Assembly (NCBI RefSeq): GCF_003704095.1
Contig: NW_020845867.1
Coordinates: 62,001-126,000, forward strand
From: Pocillopora damicornis
Taxonomy: Eukaryota
Length of the DNA stretch: 64,000 bases
Reading direction: 5' to 3'
Part shown: positions 38,401 to 49,607 of the stretch, piece after piece
Layout of the letters: every line of letters starts with the position of its first letter
Numbering within the stretch: position 1 is the first letter of the stretch
Position numbers and translations under genes: made by a program
The notes under the pieces: model-generated
The model's input: only the letters and a program-made list of their open reading frames with translations
What the model was told of the DNA's origin: nothing
Databases searched by the model: none

Positions 38401-41400
38401 GAAGCGAGTGTGTCGAGGGTATTGACTGCATGAAAGGAAAATACCGTGATCTTTTTACGCAAAAATCTCCCGAGGCTGTGCTATCCTGGTATAGAGTGCA
38501 CAATCGTATAGAAAACTTTGCGAGACACGTAAAACCGCAAGATTTATCTTCGTGGATTGAGAAGTATGGAAAAAATATGTCCGACTCTCTAACAAACAGT
38601 GTCGTCAAATTCATCGGAATGCCAATGGTCAGTTTGTTTGATTATCTCGAAAATGATCACATCTCACACTGCGTGCCTGACAATGTATCCAGTGGACTGG
38701 GAACAAGGCCCGTTGATCACGTGTATATCAACGGAACAAAGACGTCAATCAAGACCAACCAGACATTGGATGGTAAAGAGAGGATAATGAAAGGGAAAGA
38801 TGCGTATGCGGAAATTGTTTCGTATTTCACCACAACAAAGTATACACCAGGCAAGTAGTGATTCTGAAAATTATGATATCAAACTAGGGGACTGGGGGAG
38901 GGGGAGGGGGAGGGGGGAAGGATTATTCGGGTTGATTGTACTTGTGTCACAACAAAATCTGCCTGNNNNNNNNNNNNNNNNNNNNNNNNNNNNNNNNNNN
39001 NNNNNNNNNNNNNNNNNNNNNNNNNNNNNNNNNNNNNNNNNNNNNNNNNNNNNNNNNNNNNNNNNNNNNNCCCCCCCCCAAAAATCTTTCGACCCCTCCC
39101 CCCCGGCGATAGATTTTGACTGGTCTTTATGTGAATGGTGCTCACCATATCAAGATCATTATTTTAACAAGACAAGCAACCATAGCAAAGGTATGATCTA
39201 TGAGATAGATTTTTAAGACACGTTTTAGCCATCGAGAACTCAAAATGAACCGTAATCTAACCTTCTCCGATTCCAACGAATAGAGCTTACCTCAAGCTGC
39301 AGTGGAAACTTTTTGTTTTTTTTACAATTAAGAGCTACTCAGAAATGTCTTAAGTCATAAACTTCTGTCATGTCAAACGTATAGCCATGTTAGTAACATG
39401 GACTTCTGTTGTTTCTGTCAGACGAGGTGCATGACCTTGGATGGAGACAGCTGACAAGGTATCACCAACAAGCTGTAGACATAGCGAAGAAGATAACAGG
39501 TCAAAGAAACGAAAGCGAGGCTGTGTCTGAATTTAAACGCCAGTTGAACTCTTTCGCGTTTTGCATCAACAAGCAGCCTTTTCCCGTAAACGAATCGGAC
39601 GAGAAAGCATTTCAGAGGTGTAAAAATGATAAAGGTTAGCACTATCAAAATCCAGAATCAAATTCAGATCTTCCATAACATTATTATTAAACTACGCTAA
39701 TTTACACCCGTCTTTTCTGTTCATTCGCAGTGATAATGTATAGGAAGATAAACACTTGTAATGACTCGTCGAAATACCCTTATCGAAGTCTTTTCAAGTT
39801 GTTTGATGAATTCTTAAAGTATTGTTCTTGACAGCATTTTTGTATTTATTTGCCTTTCATTCTTTTTTGATCAGATGCAACAATTTATTGTCCTCAGCGT
39901 TATACCGCCATGTCCCACTGGATGGAAACTGTTCGCAGTACAATGACATTCTTGCGAGGCAAGCTGCTCAAGCTGTTTTACTTCAATGGCGACAGAAGGA
40001 CGATACCAACTTGCCCTGATGAGCCGGTAATTAGTTTTTCCCGGTACGTTGGCGTGGCAACGCATACGCCATCCGTCGGTGACTGTCGACGCACAGCCAG
40101 GTACAACTTGCCATTTTTCGTCGATCGAATGGGGTGTAAGTACATGGAATGGACTACAGCTGTACATGAGGCAGTTCCTGGCCATCATCTTCAATCCGAG
40201 GGCTACAAGGCAATATTCCAGCCCCGGTAAGTGCGCAATAGATGGACCTCTCTCCTGATAAACGGCGAGGCTAACTAGTAATCATTTGTTTGCATGTAAT
40301 TGGGCCCTTTTGGCCAACTAAACAAGAACAAGATACCTTTCACTTTAGAGAGGAACTATGAAGACTTATCTGTTCGTTCATAGGAGAATGAAAATCATAT
40401 CCTCCTCTATGAAAGAGATCTGTGGTTTGGTTACACACTTTGGATTAATTTTCAAATCTTCTTGCACCACATAAAAGGAGTGATCAGAAACTTCTGGTTG
40501 AATTGGTTTAGCCTACGGGCTGGCCCTTAGTATTCGTGCTTCGGCACGAGCGTTTCTTCGAACGCGGGTAAATATGAGGCCTTGAGCAACGGGAGGGGTC
40601 TAGAACTAATAATAAAACCTCATTATTAGTGCCAGATTCCTGGCGAACCTTTCCCCGACTCGTCTCAAATCTACCCGGTGGCGGAGAAACGCGTGTCTCG
40701 CAGCGCTAACAGTTAGGGTCTGCTCATGCGCTAGATTCGGATGGCAACACACTGGAGTTCAGTAAAAAGACTTCAAAGTTAGAACTATATTGCTGAGATT
40801 AAACAGTTCCGATCACTGAATGAAGGGGGTAAATTTGTAGAGAAACTGTGGTGCTGCGTCGGTGGGAGAGTCTAACAGGGTAATTAAGTATTTTCAACCG
40901 AATTGATAACGTAGATTGGCCAATTAAGAGTTACAGACCTGACGTTTCGAGCGTTAGCCCTTCGTCAGAGGTCAGTATCTGCTCATTAGAATTGTCACTC
41001 CCCACATCAATGTCAGAACCACCTTTTACTGTGCAATAAACATTATCATACAGAAGAACTGCCCAGTAGCTTTCATTTAAATGACCCCACAAGGTTTGAC
41101 CCACAGGCGCAAAAGTCAAACCATTTCATTACACATCTAAATGTTGCCACTATAAAGTTTTGTCGGAAAGCTAAAGCTACATTATACAATATCACAAATG
41201 GTAACCAATGAAAGCAAGTAACGTTCGTCTCTGTCTTTATTTTATCATTTGAAGGATAGCACCTTGTCCAAGTATATTAAAACCAAGTCCAATTATGGCT
41301 TACAAGGAAGGCTGGGCGACTTACGCTGAACATCCCCTCATGAGCCTCGATTCAGGTAACATCGATTTTCAGTTAGCAGTTGTCTGTGAAGTTAGTTAAG

Positions 41401-42544
41401 TCCGTTAGTTAGTGCCATTTTTAACTGAGTGTCTAAAGTAATCCGAGATTACGCTTGTTTTGCTTTATTCGCTCTGCGATTGGTCCAGAAAACTCGCGGC
41501 ACGCCCCTAACTAATTGGATGCAAAACTAACATCAATTATGACTTGGTCACTCGCGTTTTCCCGCGCTTCAAGCGGTTTCAGTGATTGAGTTTTCATTGG
41601 TTCTTCAAGGCATTTTCCTCTTTCTGATTGGCTGTTGTAGTTTCTTTGGTTTTAGTTTTACGACGCTCAATGTAAAAGTGCTCTAAAGTGTTATTCTGAT
41701 ATTGGCCCCGCATACAAGGTTCAATCAATTTTACTTGAAGAAAATCATTGATTCAGTATGATAAATAGATCTTAGTTACTTTTTAGTTAATAATTCATAC
41801 ATTTAAACCTTAATGCCTTCACATCAAAATACATATTCTCTTTAATGTTCTCTATACATTTCCTACCGTATTGAGAAGGAGAATTTATTCAACAGTTAGG
41901 AGCTAATTGGTTGGCGATCACTTCCTGCAGTCTCATGCACATGTTAATGTGTGATTTAGCGGTAGGACTGTAAGGAGAAATCAGATGCTAATCACTTCCG
42001 GTGTAAAGGGTAAATCTCTTAATAGTAAACTTAGGAATTTCAATCCATCGACATACCTCCTTAATAACACGACGCTTTGCCTCTTTTCTCTCCTAGATCT
42101 ATACGCAGAGCAGCCACTACGCTATTACGGGGTTATAAGATCTCAAATCTGGCGAGCACTACGCCTCGTCATCGACACGGGTCTACATTACAAGAACATG
42201 TCACGTAATGAGGCATTGACCATATTTAGACAATACATGTGGGACAACAGCGACATCGTACGGAAAGAAATTTCTCGTTACCAAGCTTGGCCTGGTCAAG
42301 CGACTTCGTACATGATTGGCCAGTTGGAGATATGGAGAATGCGCAATGAGTCCGAAGCAATCCTTGGATCAAAATACGATATTCGGGATTTTCATTATCA
42401 CGTGCTCTCGCAAGGCAGTATGCCCCTATGGTTTCTCGATGAGCACATCAAAAAGTTTTATGTTCGCTGTGTTTTGTCTGGAGCCTCAGAAGACGATTCG
42501 GAAAGGTGTTTCGGCGATTTCGATAAAAGAGGATTCTCTAGGTC
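35426..42544 (+). CDS. DUF885-family putative zinc metallopeptidase, type II membrane-anchored, paralog 1 (3' end in gap); exons 35426-35750, 37189-37467, 38182-38850, 39422-39634, 39875-40226, 41255-41355, 42097->42544
   Basis: N-terminal TM (IFHLAAFVFVLGFCFLVAGVVLITL); HEAVPGHH at 40165-40188; AYKEGWATYAE near 41300-41330; C-terminal WRALRLVIDTGLH, EISRYQAWPGQATSYMIGQLEI, DIRDFH...VLSQGSMPL, typical of DUF885. Confidence 0.88.
38885..39127. mobile_element. MITE (AGGGACTGG...TGACTGGTC ends), partly gapped; related copy at about 56345-56622
   Basis: G-rich left arm and C-rich right arm; the right end GATAGA...TGACTGGTC is shared by both copies. Confidence 0.5.
40820..40973 (-). mobile_element. 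Penelope-like/retrozyme-type repeat fragment carrying a hammerhead ribozyme
   Basis: On the minus strand the hammerhead is followed by ...TCTCCCACCGACGCAGCACCACAGTTTCTC; a second decayed copy lies at 29885-30005. Confidence 0.6.
40936..40973 (-). ncRNA. Minimal type I hammerhead ribozyme
   Basis: GACCT-CTGACGA-A-GGGC-TAAC-GCTC-GAAA-CGTC-AGGTC: 5-bp stem I, CUGANGA, 4-bp stem II, GAAA, palindromic ACGT stem III, GUC cleavage triplet. Confidence 0.8.
41415..41686. mobile_element. CCAAT-rich MITE, same family as 21488-21768
   Basis: Shared interior and right end ...CTCAATGTAAAAGTGCTCTA. Confidence 0.7.
41803..42014. mobile_element. piggyBac-type MITE (degenerate)
   Basis: TTAAACCTTAATGCC...GGTGTAAAGGGTAAA; interior resembles 49411-49607. 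Confidence 0.6.
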
Positions 42545-43511
42545 NNNNNNNNNNNNNNNNNNNNNNNNNNNNNNNNNNNNNNNNNNNNNNNNNNNNNNNN
42601 NNNNNNNNNNNNNNNNNNNNNNNNNNNNNNNNNNNNNNNNNNNNNNNNNNNNNNNNNNNNNNNNNNNNNNNNNNNNNNNNNNNNNNNNNNNNNNNNNNNN
42701 NNNNNNNNNNNNNNNNNNNNNNNNNNNNNNNNNNNNNNNNNNNNNNNNNNNNNNNNNNNNNNNNNNNNNNNNNNNNNNNNNNNNNNNNNNNNNNNNNNNN
42801 NNNNNNNNNNNNNNNNNNNNNNNNNNNNNNNNNNNNNNNNNNNNNNNNNNNNNNNNNNNNNNNNNNNNNNNNNNNNNNNNNNNNNNNNNNNNNNNNNNNN
42901 NNNNNNNNNNNNNNNNNNNNNNNNNNNNNNNNNNNNNNNNNNNNNNNNNNNNNNNNNNNNNNTTCTTCTCATGTATTCAGTTTTCTAGAGTGAACGCTGT
43001 CTCCAATGAGAACTTAGGATTTTTACAACAAATGAATGACCACTTATGCGGAGAGAATAAAGTTAACCTCTTCGGCAGACGTCACGTCGAGCAAACACTT
43101 TTCCACTCTGTTGACATGCATTGAAAATTGATGAATCATTTCGCCATTTTCCTAAAGAAAGAAAGAAAGAAAGAAAAGATCAATTTTTACGCTCGACAGA
43201 AGTTTCGCGAGCATCTTTTTTTTTGCCGTTTTTGACTCAATTTGAAAATTAGAGACTGAACTGATCTTTCACCGAAACAAGCTTACTGTGCATGAGTTCC
43301 ACTTTTGTTATTCAAATAATTTATTTAAATAAACTTCACCCAATACTTGTTTTTTGTAAAATTCATGCTTGAATGATACTGATAAAATTTACATTTCAGC
43401 TTTCTTTCTCGATGCGTGACTGAATACCATACAACTGTAAAACGGTATCGGTAATCAATTTGTCAACTGAAGCCCGCAAATTCTGTTTGCAGTGGTTTGC
43501 AGACATCTAAG

Positions 43512-46500
43512 ATGGCAGAGATCGAAGCTGGGCAAGCATTAGCACCTGGATATTCAGACAAAATTCAGTACGAATCCGCGACAAAAAAACGCCACAAGCT
43601 ATTCAGAGTTAAACGAAAGACAGCTTTTGTGATTGCAGCTCTCATAGCAGTGCTGGGTTTTATTTTCTTTATCATAGGTTTGGTTCTCTTAGTGAAGAGT
43701 CGTAGCGCCAAATCTGAGACACATAAAACAAGCATTGAGGGAGACATCCGTGAAGATGATGAGATTGCAAAGTGCGCATTTTCAGCCGAGGCAAAGCGTG
43801 TAGGTGAGAGTACAATATTGCAATTTGTGAGCCGAAAATGCTAGTGCAACTGAAAGATTCTTGCAGGAATTTAAACAAAGCACATGTTATATAAGCTCGG
43901 AGATTGTTCGGGGAAGCAGCCAACAGATTTCTTATTGCTCCTGGTTAAGTTAGTCTCCCACGCAGCCTCTTTAGAGACGTTCCCTTACTCCTCCCCTCTT
44001 AAAAAAATAACTGCTGCGAAGGAGACCATTATTATTCACAATCACCAGCTGCGAACTAAAATGATTTTTGACAAATGCACCACTTAAGGGATTATTTAAC
44101 TTAATATGCGCTGAGCAACCAGCCGTGACCAATGGTGTTTTACATCACTGTGTAGTACCTCATGTCAGAGGACTGAGGAGAAGTCATGGATGCAATAAAC
44201 AAATTGACCTTTTCGTCGTCATTTACCTAATATACTTGCTGCTATGTAAAATCTAAAGAAAATTTTTGCCGAGACGTTCCAAAAGAGCTCTCTTTGGGAC
44301 CACCGCTTCACACTTCCGGCTGAACCTTACAGACCGTAACTCCTTGAGAACCAAGTGTTTATAACGTCTTGTTCTGACTGTACTGACTGAGACATACGAG
44401 ACGATGGTTATTTCACCTTATACTCAGAGTAGAGAAAATTACGAGCTTCTCCAAATGACGTCCAAAGTTGGTTTAACGGTTCACGCTTTACTGGGTCCCA
44501 TTCTCCACACTGGCGTGGTAAGCTTTAAGCGCAACATAAACCAGCAATTTTCGACACATGAAAATACACGCTAAAAGATCAAATATTCCTTTATGTTCTT
44601 TTACTGTCAGACAGAAATGGTCATCTTTTTCCTGTCGTTCCATACAATTTCGGTGTATTTGCTCTCTCCTTGCGCTTATTAAATGTTTACCCTAAATTAA
44701 ATTTATATTATTTTGTTTCAGGTCTCCTTGACTTTTTGAAGAGGATTGATAGTACCGTCCGTGAGCTTCATCCCTACGATGCTCGTTTCATGACAGGAGT
44801 CTCCATTGAAGATAAGAAAAAGATATTCCAACCATATAACCCAACCCCGGAGAGTATCAAAGCCATTTCTGAACGCGCGCATTCTATGTTGGAGGAGTTG
44901 GGAAGTTTAAAGATCGACAAGAAGCTTCTCCTTACACGTGAACGGCGCATGATCGCTAAAACGCATCATTTCTTGAAGCATTACTTCGGGCGGCCTTTTG
45001 AAAACAATTATTTAGCCGGTAAGTTTGGATTGAGAGAACTGAGTTACACCGTATTTGGTAACGTTTTCAGAATACCAAGAATTATTTTTTCGCAAAGGAA
45101 ATCTTCTAGAAGGAGCGTTTATTAGGTGTCCAAAGACAAATTGATTTATCGCAAAGTGTATGTTAACACTTTCAGAATGCCAAGAGTCGTCTCTTCGCGA
45201 TGGAAAATCTTTGAGAAGGAACGTGCATTAGTGGTCCAAAGACAAATTATAATAAACCATAGTGCAGAATTTGCGTAGTGTTTCAAATGTTGTCAAAAGA
45301 TCAATCTCTGAATGCTTAAATCGATTTCATGACGATCACAGAAAGGGTATCTGTTTGGGTCTCTCGCTTACGAAGCTCTTTACAAAATTTACCTTCGCTA
45401 TCCTTCTATACCGTAGGGAAATTTCACACTAGAAATGGTCAAGTGTATGAACTCCGAATTCCCAGTTCGTGGTAAAACATCACCTGATAACGATGCAAAG
45501 ATTTTTTCAGTACCTAGGCTCTTCGTGATATCGATACTCGTCTGTGGTTCATTCTTCGACTGATTTTTTCTAGGTTACTGGATGTTGGGACCAGGCAGGT
45601 ACTGCTATCGGACTTTCAAGGGCATCACATCTATCAAGCAACAGCTCACCACCGTATTTCTCCTTTTCGCTCCTAAGACAGCGTCTGAACTGGAAGCAGC
45701 TTTGAATCTTCTCGCCAAATTCAAAACCGGGATTAAACAGTTCAAGGAAAACTTGAAAAGCGGGATTCGAACCGGTATGGTAGGGTCCGTCACTGTGTGC
45801 AAAGAAGGAAAAGAATGTCTAGAAGACATTTACATTGAGGTCTCTTCGCAGCAATCGGGCCGCGGAATCCTGACGGCTTTTCAAGATCAAATTTCAACCT
45901 TTGTCTCTGAACTAAGCTCCCACGAGGCTGCAAAGATTATGGCAAAGCACGGAATGAATGGTGCTGATGTTGTGGAGGAGAGCCTCGTTCGTAATGTTGG
46001 ATCACCGTTGCTTGATTTATTTGAGTACCTTCAGAATGAACACTTGTCACACTGCTTACCGACCAATGTGTCAAGTGGACTGGGTACGTTGCCTGTCAAT
46101 CATGTCTACCTCAACGGGAGTAAAACCTTGGAGATGACAAATCCGACTTTCAGAGAAGGAAACACGGTCCTACCTGGAAAGGAGTCTTACAAAAACTTCT
46201 TGTCTTACTACACAACACAAGAAATTACACCAGGTAACTGAAGCAAATCAAAAAAGAGAACCCATGCCCCAGGAAAGAAGGAAGGATTTTTCACTGGGGG
46301 AAGGGAGGGAGGGGGATATTTTACACCAGCATCTTATTTGAATTCGGAGCATACCAGGATGTATCAGTCTTGATGGTACTGCACATATTCCATTATAGAT
46401 AAGGAACAATCACATTAAGATTCCCCTTAAGCTGGAATGGCTATCTGTAGGTATTAGTGGCGTTGTTTATAAAAGAAACGTTGCTTGAGAAAGGTGCGAT

Positions 46501-48529
46501 GCAGTTAATCGAAAATGGTGGCAGTTGGGGTGTGTTAAAAATTTAGTAACCTTCTAGCCTGATATCGATTGCGATGATCTCCGCGTGATCTAAACTACTT
46601 TACATAAAACTGGCGGAACTGACGGAACGCGGTGGTGCCGCGGTGGTGCTGCGGTGCCGCTGCGGTGGGGCCACGTCCACCTCGTTTGTATTCTTCACCT
46701 TTAGTCATATCATTAGCGTTTTAACCTTCAATATTTCAGTTGAAGTTCAAGATTTGGGCTGGGAGATGTTGGAGAAACTTTACCTACAAGCGGTGGATAT
46801 TGCTAAGAAGATCACCAAACAGGACACGGAGGAGATAGCTGTAAATCAGTTTACAAAATACCTCAACTCGACGGAAATGTACTTTAATGAAAACCCTTTT
46901 CCGGAAAATGAATCTAATGAAGAGGCCTTTCGCAAATGCAAGAGTGAGGAGGGTAGGTAGCATGCTAGTTGACATAACATGCAAGAAATTCTTGTTTTAC
47001 GATCATGCGATGACGTACACACATGCTCGAAATGTACCACCGTGTAGGGAATTATTTTCCTTACTTACATGTTGACGATTTTTTTCAGCCGCCCAAATCT
47101 ATTGTCCACAGCGTTACAAAACGATGTTAAAATGGCTGGATTTGTCACGCAACACCATTTCACGCCTTCTGCCAAAATTGACAGATTTATTTTACTTCAC
47201 TGGAAACAAGACCACCGTTCCCACCTGCCCAGTTGCTATGGAAATATCATTCAATCCCTTACAACCCGTGCAAAGTTATTCTACGAGTGGAAGTTCATGT
47301 CAATCGCCCAGCAAGTACAAGGTGCCCTTCTTTGTTGATCGAATGGGGCCAAAGTACTTTGAGTTCACAGTGAATGCACATGAGGCTAGCCCCGGACACC
47401 ATTTGCAGTCTCAGGGATACGTAGAAAACTTCCGGTGAGTGTAGAATTTGGCTTAACTTAATTCGTTTTCTCTAGTTATTACTCCCGAAAGGAACACCNN
47501 NNNNNNNNNNNNNNNNNNNNNNNNNNNNNNNNNNNNNNNNNNNNNNNNNNNNNNNNNNNNNNNNNNNNNNNNNNNNNNNNNNNNNNNNNNNNNNNNNNNN
47601 NNNNNNNNNNNNNNNNNNNNNNNNNNNNNNNNNNNNNNNNNNNNNNNNNNNNNNNNNNNNNNNNNNNNNNNNNNNNNNNNNNNNNNNNNNNNNNNNNNNN
47701 NNNNNNNNNNAGGAAGTAAAAGGGTTGTAAATCAGAGGTGGGGGGTTGCTGAAGTAGCGAAAACTATTTGATGAAACTTGCTCAAAACTGACACTCGTTG
47801 CTGTTGCAGAGATGCATGCCGGGAAGGCGTCAATTTTCAATTCCTAAAGGATATTACAGGAATTGCCATTAGAGAGGGTTGGGGTTTATACTCCGAGAAT
47901 CCACTAGCAGCACAGGATACAGGTCAGTAAGCAATCATTGAGTTGTCAGCTATCCAAAGTAAGTAACTCAATTGTAGGTGTTTTTTTTTTCATTCTTCGC
48001 AGATCTATATCACAACCGTATCCTTGAACGTTACGGTGCTCTCAAGGGTCAAATATGGCGCGCACTTCGCCTCATCATAGATACCGGCCTCCATTCTAGG
48101 AACATGACGCGAGAAAAAGCCATAGATCTCTTTCGGCGTTATATGTGGGATTACAGCGACGTTGTTCCAAACGAGGTTAGTCGATACCAGGCATATCCGG
48201 GACAGGCGACCGCCTACATGACTGGTCAGCTGGCAATTTGGAGAATGCGCAATGAAACTTCAAAGAAACTCGGAGCAAAGTTCAAAATACAAGATTTTCA
48301 TTATCAAGTATTGTCTCAAGGCGAAGTTCCAATTTCATACCTTCAGACCCATATTGAGGAGTACGCCAACTGTGTCCTGCATGAAAGAGGCAACGGTTGT
48401 TGGGATGCTCTTACTGTTGTTAACGAACAAGAGCATTACGGACAGACATCTGCAATAGATGAGCAACAACAGCGGGTAATACGAGAGAAATTAAACCAGC
48501 TATATCCCGCAGACTCTTGTATATTTTAG
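43512..48529 (+). CDS. DUF885-family putative zinc metallopeptidase, type II membrane-anchored, paralog 2 (complete, 815 aa); exons 43512-43803, 44722-45018, 45574-46233, 46740-46952, 47089-47434, 47810-47922, 48003-48529
   Basis: Exon lengths sum to 2448 nt (816 codons). TM AFVIAALIAVLGFIFFIIGLVLLV follows basic RVKRK; HEASPGHH at 47379-47402; EGWGLYSE at 47874-47897; WRALRLIIDTGLH, EVSRYQAYPGQATAYMTG, IQDFH. Confidence 0.9.
45060..45250. repeat. Imperfect ~108-bp tandem duplication in intron 2 of DUF885 paralog 2
   Basis: TTTCAGAAT(A/G)CCAAGA...AGAAGGA...TCCAAAGACAAATT occurs twice. Confidence 0.7.
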
Positions 48530-48623
48530 CGATGTAAATGATAACACGTAGCATAGAGTATTTTAATGTCCACATTGGGAATTTTTGTAGTCAATTGACA
48601 GAGATCTCAGACTAATGCTATTT

Positions 48624-48780
48624 TCTGAGCAACTGCACACCTACCCCTCCCCTAACCCGATAACAGTTAACTGATAGCGCACCTACCCCTCCCCTAACCC
48701 AACAACAGTCCACTGTAAACAGCTTAGGGTTAAAATGTACATGTTGGGTCAGGGGAAGGGTAGGTGCGCAATTGTTCAGA
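48624..48780. mobile_element. Palindromic MITE just downstream of the paralog 2 stop, left arm partly duplicated
   Basis: TCTGAGCAACTGCACACCTACCCCTCCCCTAACCC...GGGTCAGGGGAAGGGTAGGTGCGCAATTGTTCAGA. Confidence 0.75.
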
Positions 48781-49410
48781 TTCTGTAATAATAATTTATC
48801 TGAGATCTCGCTGTCTAAGAGAAAACACTAAATACAGCCTTAAACTCTTTTATTCGTTGAAAAACAAGGGAGCACTTGGTCATTATAAGAGCTTCATTGC
48901 TTTTTTTTTAGACTTTATCTGCCGTGTGTTTTTCCATTGGCTCAGCGGGACAGAAATAGGAGGGAAATGTTTTCTTATAGTCCGCCGGAGCCTGGTAATG
49001 AATCATGTGATTTTTGACGGGGAGTTTTCTTTTTTTTTTAAGCCCGCCATATCTGTCGTTTTCTCGCCCACCAACTCATTCGATAGATTTCAAGTTTAAG
49101 TGATGAAATGATCTTCTCAGGTGAGTTGCTAAAATTGCGGTCCGCCTGCGAGGATCATTTCACTGAAGATTTGTGATCAAATTTCACGTTACACTACACA
49201 GTGTCGTCAGTCGTATTGATATTTGCGCGTATGGATCTGCATGTATGGATCTGTTGAGTCTGCAGAAAAGGTTCGAGTTGATAGCATTCTTCATGTCATC
49301 GCTGTCGATGGTTTGTGAGAAAAATGTCAAATTAGTTTTGTAAATAAACAAAGAAGGCAATGATAGAAAAAAGAAAGTAGAAATATCGCTTATTGCACAC
49401 GACACATCAT

Positions 49411-49607
49411 TTAACCCTTTACATCCTAACATCAGTATCTATCTTCTCCATACTCTTCTCTCTTTGTTTCTTTTGTTGCTGACAAGGAGAATTCATTTAA
49501 AGATCAAAGCTTCCAAGGTTGGTGATCGTTTCCTTTATTCTCTTGATATTAATGAATGGTTTAGCTGTATTATTGTAAGGAGAAATTAGATGCTGATCAG
49601 GGTTTAA
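49411..49607. mobile_element. piggyBac-type MITE
   Basis: TTAACCCTTTACATCC...AGGGTTTAA. Confidence 0.7.

Noticed and set aside
47499-47710. Idea that paralog 2 lost, or hides in the gap, the EGW third-ligand exon
   Set aside because: The exon is present at 47810-47922 (EGWGLYSE) and joins in frame.
35426-48529. Bacterial contamination as the source of the DUF885 genes
   Set aside because: Both genes have six spliceosomal introns at matching positions, and paralog 1 introns contain host-type repeats that recur elsewhere in the window.
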